NCBI GenBank assembly: GCA_022605425.2 | Contig: CM061255.1 | Location: forward strand, 434,001-498,000 | Reading direction: 5' to 3' | Source: Hamiltosporidium tvaerminnensis FI-OER-3-3 | Lineage: Eukaryota > Fungi > Microsporidia | DNA: 64,000 nucleotides | Shown: positions 36,901 through 47,177 of the stretch, in pieces | Position numbering within the stretch: the stretch's first letter is position 1 | Layout: every line of letters starts with the position of its first letter | The notes under the pieces: model-generated | Told to the model about the DNA's origin: nothing | Databases searched by the model: none | What the model saw: the letters and a program-made list of their open reading frames with translations, nothing else | Translations under genes and position numbers: made by a program

Positions 36901-38309
36901 TAACTGGTGATAAGATAGAGACTGCTTGTTCTATTGCTGTTAGTTCTAAGTTGTTTAGAAGAAGTGATGTTTATTGTGTTGTAGAGGGTCTTAAGACAAG
37001 AGAAGAGGGGTATGAGACAATGTGTATGTTAACAGGGAGTGTAGGTATAATGGGTGGTGATGTGGGGGGTGTGGGTATGGGTGGGGGTGGTATGGGTGGT
37101 ATGGGTGGTGGTAGTATGGATGGGGGTGTTAGTAGTATGGATAGTAATTATAGGGGTGTTAGTAACAAGGATAGTAATTATAGGGGTGTTAGTAACAGTA
37201 GTAATAAACAACACACTTTTAGTAACAAGGATAGTAAACAACACCCTTTTAGTAACACTACTAATAAACAACACCCTTTTAACACCAACAACCCCCACAA
37301 CAACCCCCACAACAACCCCCACAATAATATTACACCCTATGATGCTATTGTTATTGATGGTACTAGTTTACAGGTTATGCTTGATAATTTTGCTACTGAA
37401 TTTATAAGAATTTCTTGTAATTTAAGTGCTGTAGTATGTTGTAGGGTTAGTCCTACACAAAAAGGTGTTATAGCTAAAGTATTACGTAGTATGAATAAAG
37501 GTAGAGTATGTTGTATTGGAGATGGAGGTAATGATGTATCTATGATTACAGAGAGTGATGTAGGAGTAGGTATAGTAGGTAAAGAAGGTAATCAAGCAAG
37601 TTTAGCAGCAGATTTTTCAATATTACGTTTTTGTGATATTTTACCTTTAATACTATGGCATGGTAGAAACTGTTTATTAGGAACAGGAAGACTTAGTCAC
37701 TTTATAATACATAGAGGTACTATAATATCAGTAATGCAAGCAATATTTTGTTCTTTATTTTTATTTAGTCCTATAAATTTATATCAAGGTAAAATATTAG
37801 TAGGATATGTTACTTTATACACATTTTTTCCTGTTTTTTGTATAATAGTAAGTTATGATGTTAAAAGAAGAACAGTAATGGAATATCCAGAATTATATTA
37901 TGAATTAAATAGAAGAAAGGTGTTAAGTATTAAGAGTTTTGCTATTTGGAATGTAATTAGTTTTTATCAAGGAAGTATTATAATGTTATTAAGTTTTTAT
38001 TTCTTTGAACATGAGTTGTTTAGTATTGTTACTATTACTTTTAGTTGTTTGATTGTTAATGAAATATTGATGGTTGGGTTGAGTGTTAGGATGAGTAGGT
38101 TAATGGTTTATGCTATGGGGTTAAGTGTTTTTTTTTATTTTTTAAGTTTTTTTATTTTAAAAGATGAGTTGAGAATGCCGGTTGGTGTTTTTAAGTTTTT
38201 AGGGAGTGTGTTGGTTATTAGTATGTGTGCTATTGTTTTTTCTTTGGTACAGAAGGCATGGAGTAGGTATTTTGCACCACCAATGCATACAAAGTTAGAG
38301 GTGTATTAG
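33978..38309 (+). CDS. NEO1: P4-type ATPase phospholipid flippase, NEO1/ATP9 subfamily, with five low-complexity inserts (1443 aa)
   Basis: TDQLDGETDWKLR, IPISLKV, LSDKTGTLTKNEM, YQASSPDE, FPFTSETKRMGI, KGAD, MAREGLRTL, WMLTGDKIETA, IGDGGNDVSMI and GKEGNQASLAADFSI, followed by C-terminal TM helices. Confidence 0.95.
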   Translation: MPSTQNNKQQPLGIREIQIPNTTNTYPKNIIRNQKYSAITFPFVVFINQFRYFFNIYFFLICISQCFPVYSVSPLISNIGPWALVLLLTLLKEGMDDYKRYKRDKEANSEIYSTVVMGVGSVGVGSVGGSVGSVVGSSIGDTSIRDTRDTRDTRDTRDTRDTRDNTSISNIRDNTSIRDISNTNTSISNIRDISNTSISNNIRDVSNTNTNISNTSISNVIDIPLTNTPSSSLKVGDIIFLKKNQRIPADCLLIKTSDPSGSCFIRTDQLDGETDWKLRTSPHITQSLTYKEILITNLKIFADKPHKDIYSFIGKLSVGYSVGGVGVGGGSSGEGGSEGGSGDSNSDSNSDKDNNKYNTYTTNTTPYTNTPYTNTPYTNTPHTNTTPHTHTTHTLYTTTTPLNLENMLWMNTVLATGYALCVVIYTGKETRAQLNTSKPKNKYGLIESELNTYSIFLCSVSISIACIFTFLRGVTTRSDATLIRFIVILSNVIPISLKVSIDWARYVYSRVIMTDKSIEGCIVRTSNLPEELGRIGYLLSDKTGTLTKNEMEMKKVHLGTVCYTEEDEEDIRSIISKVIEGGSSRGGVGEGGVGIRDRCEGGSKDSNKVLDSKDSKDSIKVLDSRDGKINTNTNTHTPIPNTNIPNTNTPTPTPTPTTNISSNIGKKKDLYTRVFELLRALSICHNVTPSEGGYQASSPDEIAIVKWTEKTGIKLINRTRNSMELLDVNGCIHRVKILHIFPFTSETKRMGIIVEYSGVGGSGSGVGGSGSGVGGSGSGVGGSGSGKGYSSKDSNKDSYKDSNNIPSNNISTNPSTNPSTNNHPTNHTNNNNPSTNNHPTNHTNNHTTNHPNNHHTNNNPTIVMYLKGADTVMRTRVKYNDWLDEEVDNMAREGLRTLVIAMKYLTVEEYKEFNSLYELASLSVNDRNKEMNSVLDSFQNNMTLLGLTGVEDKLQDNVRVSIESLRNAGIKVWMLTGDKIETACSIAVSSKLFRRSDVYCVVEGLKTREEGYETMCMLTGSVGIMGGDVGGVGMGGGGMGGMGGGSMDGGVSSMDSNYRGVSNKDSNYRGVSNSSNKQHTFSNKDSKQHPFSNTTNKQHPFNTNNPHNNPHNNPHNNITPYDAIVIDGTSLQVMLDNFATEFIRISCNLSAVVCCRVSPTQKGVIAKVLRSMNKGRVCCIGDGGNDVSMITESDVGVGIVGKEGNQASLAADFSILRFCDILPLILWHGRNCLLGTGRLSHFIIHRGTIISVMQAIFCSLFLFSPINLYQGKILVGYVTLYTFFPVFCIIVSYDVKRRTVMEYPELYYELNRRKVLSIKSFAIWNVISFYQGSIIMLLSFYFFEHELFSIVTITFSCLIVNEILMVGLSVRMSRLMVYAMGLSVFFYFLSFFILKDELRMPVGVFKFLGSVLVISMCAIVFSLVQKAWSRYFAPPMHTKLEVY

Positions 38310-38430
38310 GGTAGTGGAGTATTATAGAGTATTAGAGTATAAAGAGTATATGGAGTATATAGAGTATATAGAGTATTATAGAGTATTATAGAGTATAAAG
38401 AGTAGAGTATATAGAGTATAAAGAGTAAAA
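38310..38430. repeat. AGAGTAT-type microsatellite immediately after the stop codon
   Basis: About 12 variants of AGAGTAT(A/T). Confidence 0.85.
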
Positions 38431-38834
38431 TTACTTTTATGCAGTTATTATATTTTATTTATTTATTTTTGTATTTTTATTTTCCATTTATTTATTAAAT
38501 AATACTTTTCATTTTATTTATTTATTTTTATTTCTATTTATCTATTTATTTTTATTTCTTCTATTTATTTATTTATTTTTTATTTTCAAATTATTAAATA
38601 ATACTTTTCATTTTATTTCTATTTTCTATTTTTTAAAAGAAATTACCTGTTGTAGGTAAATAATGTAATAGGTAGTATTATAAAGGTTATTTAGAGTGTT
38701 AGATATATGGGGGTTTTTAAAAAAAATATTGGGGTGGAGAAATATATAAAATAAAAGGGAATTGAGATGTTTAGGTTTATAAAAGTAAAAAAGGGGTATA
38801 AAGAATATCTTACTTTCTAAATATATAATTTAAG

Positions 38835-39120
38835 AAAGTATATTATAGTTATTTAGATGTAAAAGTATATTATAGTTATTTAGATGTAAAAGTATATTAT
38901 AGTTATTTATAGTTATTTGGATGTAAAAGTATATTAAAGTATATTATACTCATTTGGATGTGAAAGTATATTATAGTTATTTATAGTTATTTAGATGTAA
39001 AAGTATATTATAGTTATTTAGATAGTAAATGAGTATTATAGTTATTTATAGTTATTTGGATGTAAAAGTATATTATAGTTATTTAGATGTAAAAGTATAT
39101 TATAGTTATTTGGATGTGAG
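38835..39120. repeat. ~27-bp minisatellite (AAAGTATATTATAGTTATTTAGATGTA) x~9
   Basis: Repeated unit directly visible, with internal TATAGTTATT duplications. Confidence 0.88.
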
Positions 39121-39499
39121 GTTTATATACAATTAATCAGTACTTTTTTTTTAGTTTGTGGTCTTTTGTGGGTGTGTTAAATATGTCATGGTAAATGTAT
39201 TATGTGGGTTATTTTTGTGAGAAAGGGGTTTGATGGTATAGGAGGTAATACACAATTCTATGAGAGTTGAATAGTGGGAATGGTGTCGAATTGCTTTTTT
39301 TGGGGTATAGAGAAGATTAAAAGAATATCTCGACAAAGGTTGAAAGAGATATAGATTTATTATAAAAAATTTGGATGTGTTTAAAATTTTGATGAATTAA
39401 AATATTTGTCACATAATGATGTGTGTGGTGAAATACATTAAGAAGAGAATGAAGTTAGATGTATAAGTCTCTTTTTTAATTACTAGACAATAGTATGTG

Positions 39500-42400
39500 T
39501 CTGAAACACGCAGTACATATTACGAGAGATATGTATTTGGAGAAAAAAAATTTAAAGTAATATTCTGGATTAGAGAATCCAAACGGAGTGGGTGATACGA
39601 AATTCCTTGGTTTATATATCGAATAACATGTAAATATGCAGAGATGCTTGTATCTAGATTTTTGACCGACGCTAAACATATCATTCAAGTTGCGCAGATA
39701 TGCTATAACAAGTTGACATACAATGTGAAGCTAGGATTTGCTTAGAAGTCAATCATTAAATGTAGAGTTTACACTTAAATACTCTAAAATATCTATTTGA
39801 GGTAAGTACCTAGTCAGATATAACTTAACGTTTCAGAGATAAAAAGCTTTAAGAAAATTATTTGAGAGTTTAATTTAAACGTTTAGAGTATAAATTATTC
39901 ATATAGAGCCTTGGTTAATAAAAAGATGACTTTAAATTTTTATTTAAAAAACTTACGATGTATCAAAATAAAATGCAATTCGGAAAGAATCGTATGTTTG
40001 AGCTGTTTAGAAGTCTAGTTTACGGTAGATAAACTGAATTTTTCAAATATTAGCATATGATTAGTCGTGTTTAAAATGTAGATTATAGGAATACTATCAA
40101 GAAAAGATACAGTTTATTCTGCGGATTATCTGATTTTTTTTTGTACTTCATATTTCTTAAACCCGGAACTTTACATTTATGAGTTTAAAAATGCTTTTAA
40201 TTGGCTTCCTTGTCGAAAAACTGCTTGGTATTAATATTTTTTTAATTTGCTTATCAAAAAACTTATAAATCGTTATAAATATCTGTATGATATTGAGAAA
40301 GTCATTTGATAAGAAGTACACCTCTAGCTTAATGGTGTTTTTTGAGCTTTTATATCAGTCACCGAGAAGTATCATAGAGTGGTTCTGAATACAAGTAAAT
40401 TACTCGTTTTAAAATTTTTATATACTAACCACGAAAACGGATCAAAAGACCACCAGCTAGTGGTAAAAGAATGAAGTGATTCGTCCAATATTCAGTTAGG
40501 ATCACTTAGAGAGAGCACAAAGAGCTAAAAAACAAGTTTTCTGGTGTTTATTATAATAAAGCAAATATAAAACTTACAGGGCAAAGTTTTTGATGTCTAA
40601 AAAACACGATTTAGAATATCAGTCTTATTTAACTAAATAGATTATAATCATTGGTCAAACTGATAAGTTTCTGAATATTATTGTGGTATTTTAAACAAAT
40701 TTAAAACGATATATCACTAGAGCTTAAAATCCCTTCACAAAAGTAATGAAAGAAGACCATTTGAAGAAATAACCTCTTATCTTTGTTTTTAGCGTTGTGA
40801 GTAGATCCGCTGACAAAAAACCGCAAGAAAAATGCAGATTTAGTTTATGAGCTACATATAACTCCTTGCTTATGAATTATTATAAGCTCGTCGTATTCTA
40901 TGGGTTTCTGTATATCTTATCACACATCAAATACAATGTTTTTTTGGATAAAATAGGCGAGAAATCAATAAAATTATTTCGTCTATAGATAATATTTGTT
41001 GTAAAAGATCTTATGATTTTTTAATAAGTGTCTGTATTTACAAAAATTTAGAAAGAAATGATATTGTAACAGAAATGCAAACACAAGATGCATTTGTGAA
41101 CGAAAAGAGAACTAATAGTTAGAGTTATAAAAATTATGTCGTGCTCAATTTAATCTATGAATGTATTTTATTCAATTAATGAAGTTTCGATTTGCTAGTT
41201 AATTATCTTAAAGTTGTAGTGAACTTCATCAAGTTGATTTCTTCGGGTTATATGATGAATGTGTGCTTTTTCCAGGAAAGAATAATGTACATCTCTTGTG
41301 TTTAAAGAATGTATTTGTCTATTTAGTCCGGATCTGGCTACTTAATATTTTAGAGTTTAAGCAAAAATATGCTTTTGGCATTTTTAAATTTTCTGAAAAA
41401 AATATAACTAACTACCAGCTGTGTAACAATCTTTTAGGTAAAAAAGAATAATATATCACATTTTGCACTAATAAAAAGCATTACACAAACAAAATATATA
41501 TTATAAAGAGAAAGCTTGAAAAAAACGTGCAAAAATTTGCAACAAAATACTTACTTACTGATTCTATTCCTTTTTTCATTCTCAGTGTCGTGGATGAAAA
41601 AATGGAAATTTATCATTTGTTTCTTTTAATATGTTTTACCTCGGACTTATAGAGGATCGGCTTATAGATCTAGTGTGATTTATATCTCACAAAAATGGAA
41701 CAATGAATTCCACACTAATTCTTCGCACTAATTTCTCACCAGATAGTTTTTAATCTGGTTATCTTCTCACCATCCTGCAACAAAATAGAAATATAATTAT
41801 AGCATTGAAAGTGCATGATTCTATCTACGATCATTTTGCAGATTTTTGTTATTTCTCAAAATTGCCTAAGAAGGAGAGACCGATAGCCAAGTGAAAGGAG
41901 TTTTAGGATAATTTATGAAAGAAATGTATTATAATGTATGGAAAAAATGAAAACTTTCTCAGAACTCTAGAAATTAGTAAAGTATTTATCAAACTATTTT
42001 GAAAAGTACTTAGTGTGACTATAATAGACTCCGAAATGAGATAAGGCAAAGCTAATATCTTTTTAAGCTCAATTAATAGAATGTAAAGTAAAAAACGCTT
42101 TAGGAATCACATATATCAAGAAATTCTTGTAAAAAGACCATCTTCTAATAAGAATAGAATCCAAGATGAAAATTGTGAAGCATTTTGCATAATAATCTGA
42201 ATATATATTTTTTTTAGACAAGAATCTAAACATTATTGAATAGATTAAAGTCGAAATCACTTTATGATAGCTCTTTAAAATGGTTTATAGAAGGTTATAC
42301 ATCAAACGGCATATTGATCAATATTTTTTCTCTAATAAATAAGTGTAGCGTAAACATAATCCTATATGAAATAACTTAGAATAGTATTGAGACCACCTAC

Positions 42401-42620
42401 TATAATATTTACATTAAGAAGTTCCGAATATTAGTTAAAATATCAGTTTACATTAGGTCGATAATACGTAAAAAACCATCAAAACCATTTACTTTGATCG
42501 ATATAGAGGTTTTTGAGAAGAATCTTTAATGAAAGCAAGGAAGAGGCACTACTTGATGCTATAAAGAACCAATCAGATATAAACAACCCAAATATCAGAC
42601 TACACATAGACACAAATAAA
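39500..42620 (+). mobile_element. Degenerate near-full-length copy of the RLE-LINE
   Basis: Colinear matches to 49860-52750: CAAGTTGCGCAGATATGCTAT (39686), GAGAGTTTAATTTAAAC, AAGAATCGTATGTTTGAGCT, TTAATTGGCTT and CTTTGATCGA (42492). No intact ORF; ends are approximate. Confidence 0.8.
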
Positions 42621-43067
42621 GAAGAAATGATATTAAACAAATGAATCCAATAATCTATGAAGCTTATAGTGTGAATAAAATTATCAATTAAAACTGTAAC
42701 TCAACAGATCGAAAAGGATTCCATATAAGAGTAAAATGGAATAAAACAAGTAAAAACCAGAAAAATAAATCAGTAAAATTAATTTTATATATCTTTAAGG
42801 TAAGTCATAAGAAAATATCAAAACGCTAAAATAAAACACTATTTATAACAATCAGTACAGAACAAAGATAAAAAAAATTATTCAAATTTTATGATAATAC
42901 ACTTTTAATAACAATCTGTTACTTTTTATAGAAATTAACTAAGATAAAATTTTTTATAATAATCCAAGCTTAATTTACTATTTTTAGAAATATTTATTGA
43001 TAAATATGTTTAGTGATTGTTAAAAAAAATATAAATTTAGAAAAAAGTGAATTAAATTAAATAATTG

Positions 43068-45935
43068 ATGGGTGAAGAAGATACTTATAGATATATGAAA
43101 AGCAGTAAATGTATGAAGAGTAATAAATATGAGAGGATTGGGGGTTCAAATTGTAGGAGTGTGGGTAATATATATATAATGGTAATTCTTTTTACTATTT
43201 GTGGTGTTTTTAGTGTGAATGTAGATTTTATTATATCAAAGAATGTGGCATATAATAAATATGATTTAGATTGTATTTTGTGTGATTATATGGAGTATTT
43301 AGATGATGAGGGTCAGTATAAGTTATGTAGTGGGTATCATATAGGTAATAAAGAGTGTAAAAATGAAGATAATGAAGAATATAAAGAGGATGGTGAGAAA
43401 AATAATAGTAAGGATATATGTAGTACTATGAATGAAACTAAAGATATTATATACAATACACCTATTCTAGGTAATGATACTATCCCTCCAGTTATTAATC
43501 CAAATATTAATACTAATAATATTAAAACAGCGGATTTTTGTTCTGCTGGAAATGATATGAAAAAACATAGGAGTACAGTGACTGTACGTATAGATTATGA
43601 TGATATAAAATATATAAAACTATTATACGTTGAGAGAATTAAAGATATGAGTGGTTCAAATACTATTCCGGTGTATCTCGGAGATAATATATCATATTTG
43701 AATTTAATAAAATTCATAGAAATGATTAAATATAATTGGCTTGGAATAAAAGAAGGAATTGATTATTTATCTTTTTATGAGATACTTAAGACTATAAAGT
43801 ATTTGAAAGTAGAAGAGGGTAGAGGATTGATGGCGTTGGTGGGTGGTTTGATAAGAAATATATTGGGTAGATGTGTGTGCGAAGAGATTATAGCAGATGA
43901 ATATCGGTTGGAAAAATTTGTGTGGGAGAACGATTTTTGTTATTATTTGTGCCTTTTAAAAGGATATTTGTATTTGAATGAATGCAATTTGGAGGTAGGG
44001 AATGGTGTGGTTAGAGTTTTTGGGGATTTGTGCGATGAGAGACTGTTTTTTAATGATGAACAAATAGGTTACTGCAATGAAATGTGTTTAGAATTATATT
44101 TCGAAGATTTTTTTTATTTTTTAAGATATAAATCTGAAGATGAGATTGGCTTCTTTTTATGGCTATTTGGAAAAATAGGGTTTAAAAAAGTGTTTTTTAA
44201 TATGGGTTCTGTTGGCTATACAGGAAAGACCTGGAGCAAGAAAAAAAACGAGACCATTCATTTTAAGTTTGAATCTGTCTTTAACGAAGAGTTTTTATTT
44301 AAAAAATGCTCTTTACCTTTATCAAGCAATATACTAGGTAGCAATAATAATTATTTGAGTCAGACTTTTGATAGAAGATCAGGTGTTACAGAGCCTTTAC
44401 ATGTAATAATACCTGATAATGAAATTTATTTTGATGATAATTCTCCTAATAAAAGACCAGGTGTTACAGAGCCTTTACATATAATAATTCCTGATAATGA
44501 AATTTATTTTGATGATAATTCTCTCAATAAAAGACCGGGTATTACAGAGCCTTTACATGTAATAATTCCTGATAATGAAATTTACTTTAATAATGATTTT
44601 TCACAAGAATCGGATTTTATAGATAGAGAAATCCGCTACGATAACTTTATACGAATTTGGAAACAAAACGATATAAAACTAGAAACAATAGAAAATATCT
44701 ACTTATTCAACAACTTCAATTCAGAAGATGTACCACTTTTCCTAGAAAATTTGCAGATTTTTTTTCCAAATTTTAATAAATTAAAAATAACTGATTTTGA
44801 TTTCGACGAAGAAATAATAAATATAATTTTCAGATTTAAAATAGAACACCTCAGTTTATTAAGAGTTTCTTTAGAAAATTTAAAAAGAAAATATGATTTT
44901 GATACAAATATTTCTAAAACAATAAAAAAATTTACTTTTAAAAATAGTTACGAATTGCCAAAAAATATTCTAGAATACTTTTTATCATCCGAAACTCTAC
45001 AACAAATAAAAATTTGTCAGATAGAAATGATGGTAGAGATTCCATTAAGAAATATTATTTTTAAAGAATTTGATACCTTAGAAAAAATAATAATAACAGA
45101 TACATCTATTGATGAATCTTTATTTACACTTCTTTTAAAAACCAAATCTTTAAAACACTTGAATATTTCTACATCCAAATTACAAATAGAGATTGCAAAT
45201 ATTTTAAGTTTAGAATCGATTCAAAAAAATCTAAAAGTATTAAATTTAAACAACATTAAGCTTTCACAAAAATCCCTTAAAACAATACAGTTATTTGAAA
45301 AATTAGAAAGTCTACATCTATCGAATTCACTAACTTGTGAAAAACCAATATTTATTAATTTTAAATCTTTTCAAAATATTTTACATTTAGATTTATCTTC
45401 AAATAGAAATATTTCCTTATCTTTATCACAACTAAAAACATTTAAAAACCTAACTTCTTTAAATCTATCATATTGTGATTTACCAGTTGGATTTATGTCA
45501 TTTACAAAAGATATAAGTTTTACTAAAACGTTAAAAGAATTATATATCTTAGGAAATAAAATAGACTTTACCGATTTATTAATTATAAATACTTTCGAAG
45601 TATTACAAAATTTAAGTATTTCATTTATCAAAGAATCAAATATTTATTTTAAAGATATTTTTAAAATAAAATCCAATTTTACTTTAAAAAGATTAGCCAT
45701 CGAAACAGAAAATATTTCACTCCAAGATATTTTAAGTTTTGAAGTATTTAAATCATTAGAACATTTAAAATTCTTTAATTCCAATTTCCTTTCAGATTCA
45801 TTTCAATACGAAAACAAAAATCTCAAATATTTAAAAGTACTCCATTTCGAATCAGTAACAGCTAGTAAAAAAGATATTGAAATTCTTAAAAATATATTTG
45901 GAAATATATTTATAATAACAACAGGTACCTTCTAA
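43068..45935 (+). CDS. Leucine-rich-repeat protein (~950 aa), possibly secreted
   Basis: C-terminal LxxLxLxxN/C repeats (LKVLNLNNI, LESLHLSNS, ILHLDLSSN, LTSLNLSYC, LKELYILGN). Hydrophobic MVILFTICGVFS begins at an internal ATG (43179) that may be the true start. Confidence 0.88.
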   Translation: MGEEDTYRYMKSSKCMKSNKYERIGGSNCRSVGNIYIMVILFTICGVFSVNVDFIISKNVAYNKYDLDCILCDYMEYLDDEGQYKLCSGYHIGNKECKNEDNEEYKEDGEKNNSKDICSTMNETKDIIYNTPILGNDTIPPVINPNINTNNIKTADFCSAGNDMKKHRSTVTVRIDYDDIKYIKLLYVERIKDMSGSNTIPVYLGDNISYLNLIKFIEMIKYNWLGIKEGIDYLSFYEILKTIKYLKVEEGRGLMALVGGLIRNILGRCVCEEIIADEYRLEKFVWENDFCYYLCLLKGYLYLNECNLEVGNGVVRVFGDLCDERLFFNDEQIGYCNEMCLELYFEDFFYFLRYKSEDEIGFFLWLFGKIGFKKVFFNMGSVGYTGKTWSKKKNETIHFKFESVFNEEFLFKKCSLPLSSNILGSNNNYLSQTFDRRSGVTEPLHVIIPDNEIYFDDNSPNKRPGVTEPLHIIIPDNEIYFDDNSLNKRPGITEPLHVIIPDNEIYFNNDFSQESDFIDREIRYDNFIRIWKQNDIKLETIENIYLFNNFNSEDVPLFLENLQIFFPNFNKLKITDFDFDEEIINIIFRFKIEHLSLLRVSLENLKRKYDFDTNISKTIKKFTFKNSYELPKNILEYFLSSETLQQIKICQIEMMVEIPLRNIIFKEFDTLEKIIITDTSIDESLFTLLLKTKSLKHLNISTSKLQIEIANILSLESIQKNLKVLNLNNIKLSQKSLKTIQLFEKLESLHLSNSLTCEKPIFINFKSFQNILHLDLSSNRNISLSLSQLKTFKNLTSLNLSYCDLPVGFMSFTKDISFTKTLKELYILGNKIDFTDLLIINTFEVLQNLSISFIKESNIYFKDIFKIKSNFTLKRLAIETENISLQDILSFEVFKSLEHLKFFNSNFLSDSFQYENKNLKYLKVLHFESVTASKKDIEILKNIFGNIFIITTGTF
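44375..44600 (+). repeat. In-frame 78-bp (26-aa) tandem repeat x3 inside the LRR gene
   Basis: RPGVTEPLHVIIPDNEIYFDDNSPNK units; AGGTGTTACAGAGCC at 44381 and 44459. Confidence 0.92.
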
Positions 45936-46429
45936 TTTTAAGATTTTTAAAACAATCTATTTCTTTTAAGTGTTTAAATAGGTATTTTAAAAGAAAGTTT
46001 GAAAGATATTTTAAAAGGTTATTTAAACAAGATATTTAAAAAGATATATTTTAAAAGATACATTCAAAAAATATAAATTTTAAAAAGATATTAAACAAGA
46101 TATATTCAAAAAATGTTATTTTAAAAGATATATTCTAAAAAATATATTCAAAAAAAGATATTTTATCATGAAATAGAAATAAATTAATTTTAATTATTAA
46201 AGTTTTAATTATTTTAATATCATCTCTTAAAAAATTACCATTTATATTTATATTCTTTCACTTTTCTTAAATATAATCTTCAAACGTATTTTTTTTTATC
46301 TAAAAATATTTAAAGTAAATTAAATGAGTAATAAATCTCTTTAAAAAAATCTAAAATTTTTATTTTAAAATACAAATTTTAGTTACAAATAAATGACTTT
46401 AACTGTACAAATAAAAGAACGCGGAGGGA

Positions 46430-47150
46430 GAAAATAAAGAAATAGAAGTCTAAGAAATAAATAGAAAGAACTAATTGAAAGAAATAAAAGTTTAAGAAAT
46501 AAAGAAAAACTAATAGAAATAAATGTAAGAACTAATAAAAAAGAATATAAATGTAATAACTAATAAAGAAAAACTAATAGAAGAATATAAAAAGAAATAA
46601 GAAAAGAATAAAAATAAAGAGAAAAGAATAAAAGAAGAGAAATAAAAAAATAAGAATATAAAAAATAAGAAAAGAATAAAAGAAGAGAAATAAAAAAATA
46701 AGAAAAGAATAAAAGAAAAGAATAAAAGAAGAGAAATAAAAAAATAAGAAAAGAATAAAAAAAAAGAAAAACTAATAGAAGAATATAAAAGAAAAGAAGA
46801 GAAATAAAAAAATAAAAAAGAAATAAAAAATAAGAAAAGAATAAAAGAAGAGAAATAAAAAAATAAGAAAAGAATAAAAGAAAAGAATAAAAGAAGAGAA
46901 ATAAAAAAATAAGAAAAGAATAAAAAAAAAGAAAAACTAATAGAAGAATATAAAAGAAAAGAAGAGAAATAAAAAAATAAAAAAGAAATAAAAACTAATA
47001 GAAGAATATAAAAGAAAAGAAATAAAAAAATAAGAAAAGAATAAAAGATAAAAGAAGAGAAATAAATAAAAAAGAAAAGAAATAAGAAAAGAAATAAGAA
47101 AAGAAATAAATAGAAGAACAAAGAAGAAATAAAAAATAAAATATAAGAAA
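46430..47150. repeat. A/G-rich low-complexity tract with an internal 165-bp duplication
   Basis: Built from AAGAAAAGAATAAA-type units; ACTAATAGAAGAATAT at 46771 and 46936. Confidence 0.9.
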
Positions 47151-47177
47151 TATACCAATTAATAACCATTAAACCAT

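Noticed and set aside
34268-37407. Many short antisense and alternative-frame ORFs inside NEO1
   Set aside because: They coincide with the low-complexity inserts, which lack stops in several frames.
46510-47169. 219-aa Phe/Leu/Ile-rich ORF resembling a membrane protein
   Set aside because: It is the translation of the T/C-rich strand of a low-complexity repeat, with no start motif or domain.
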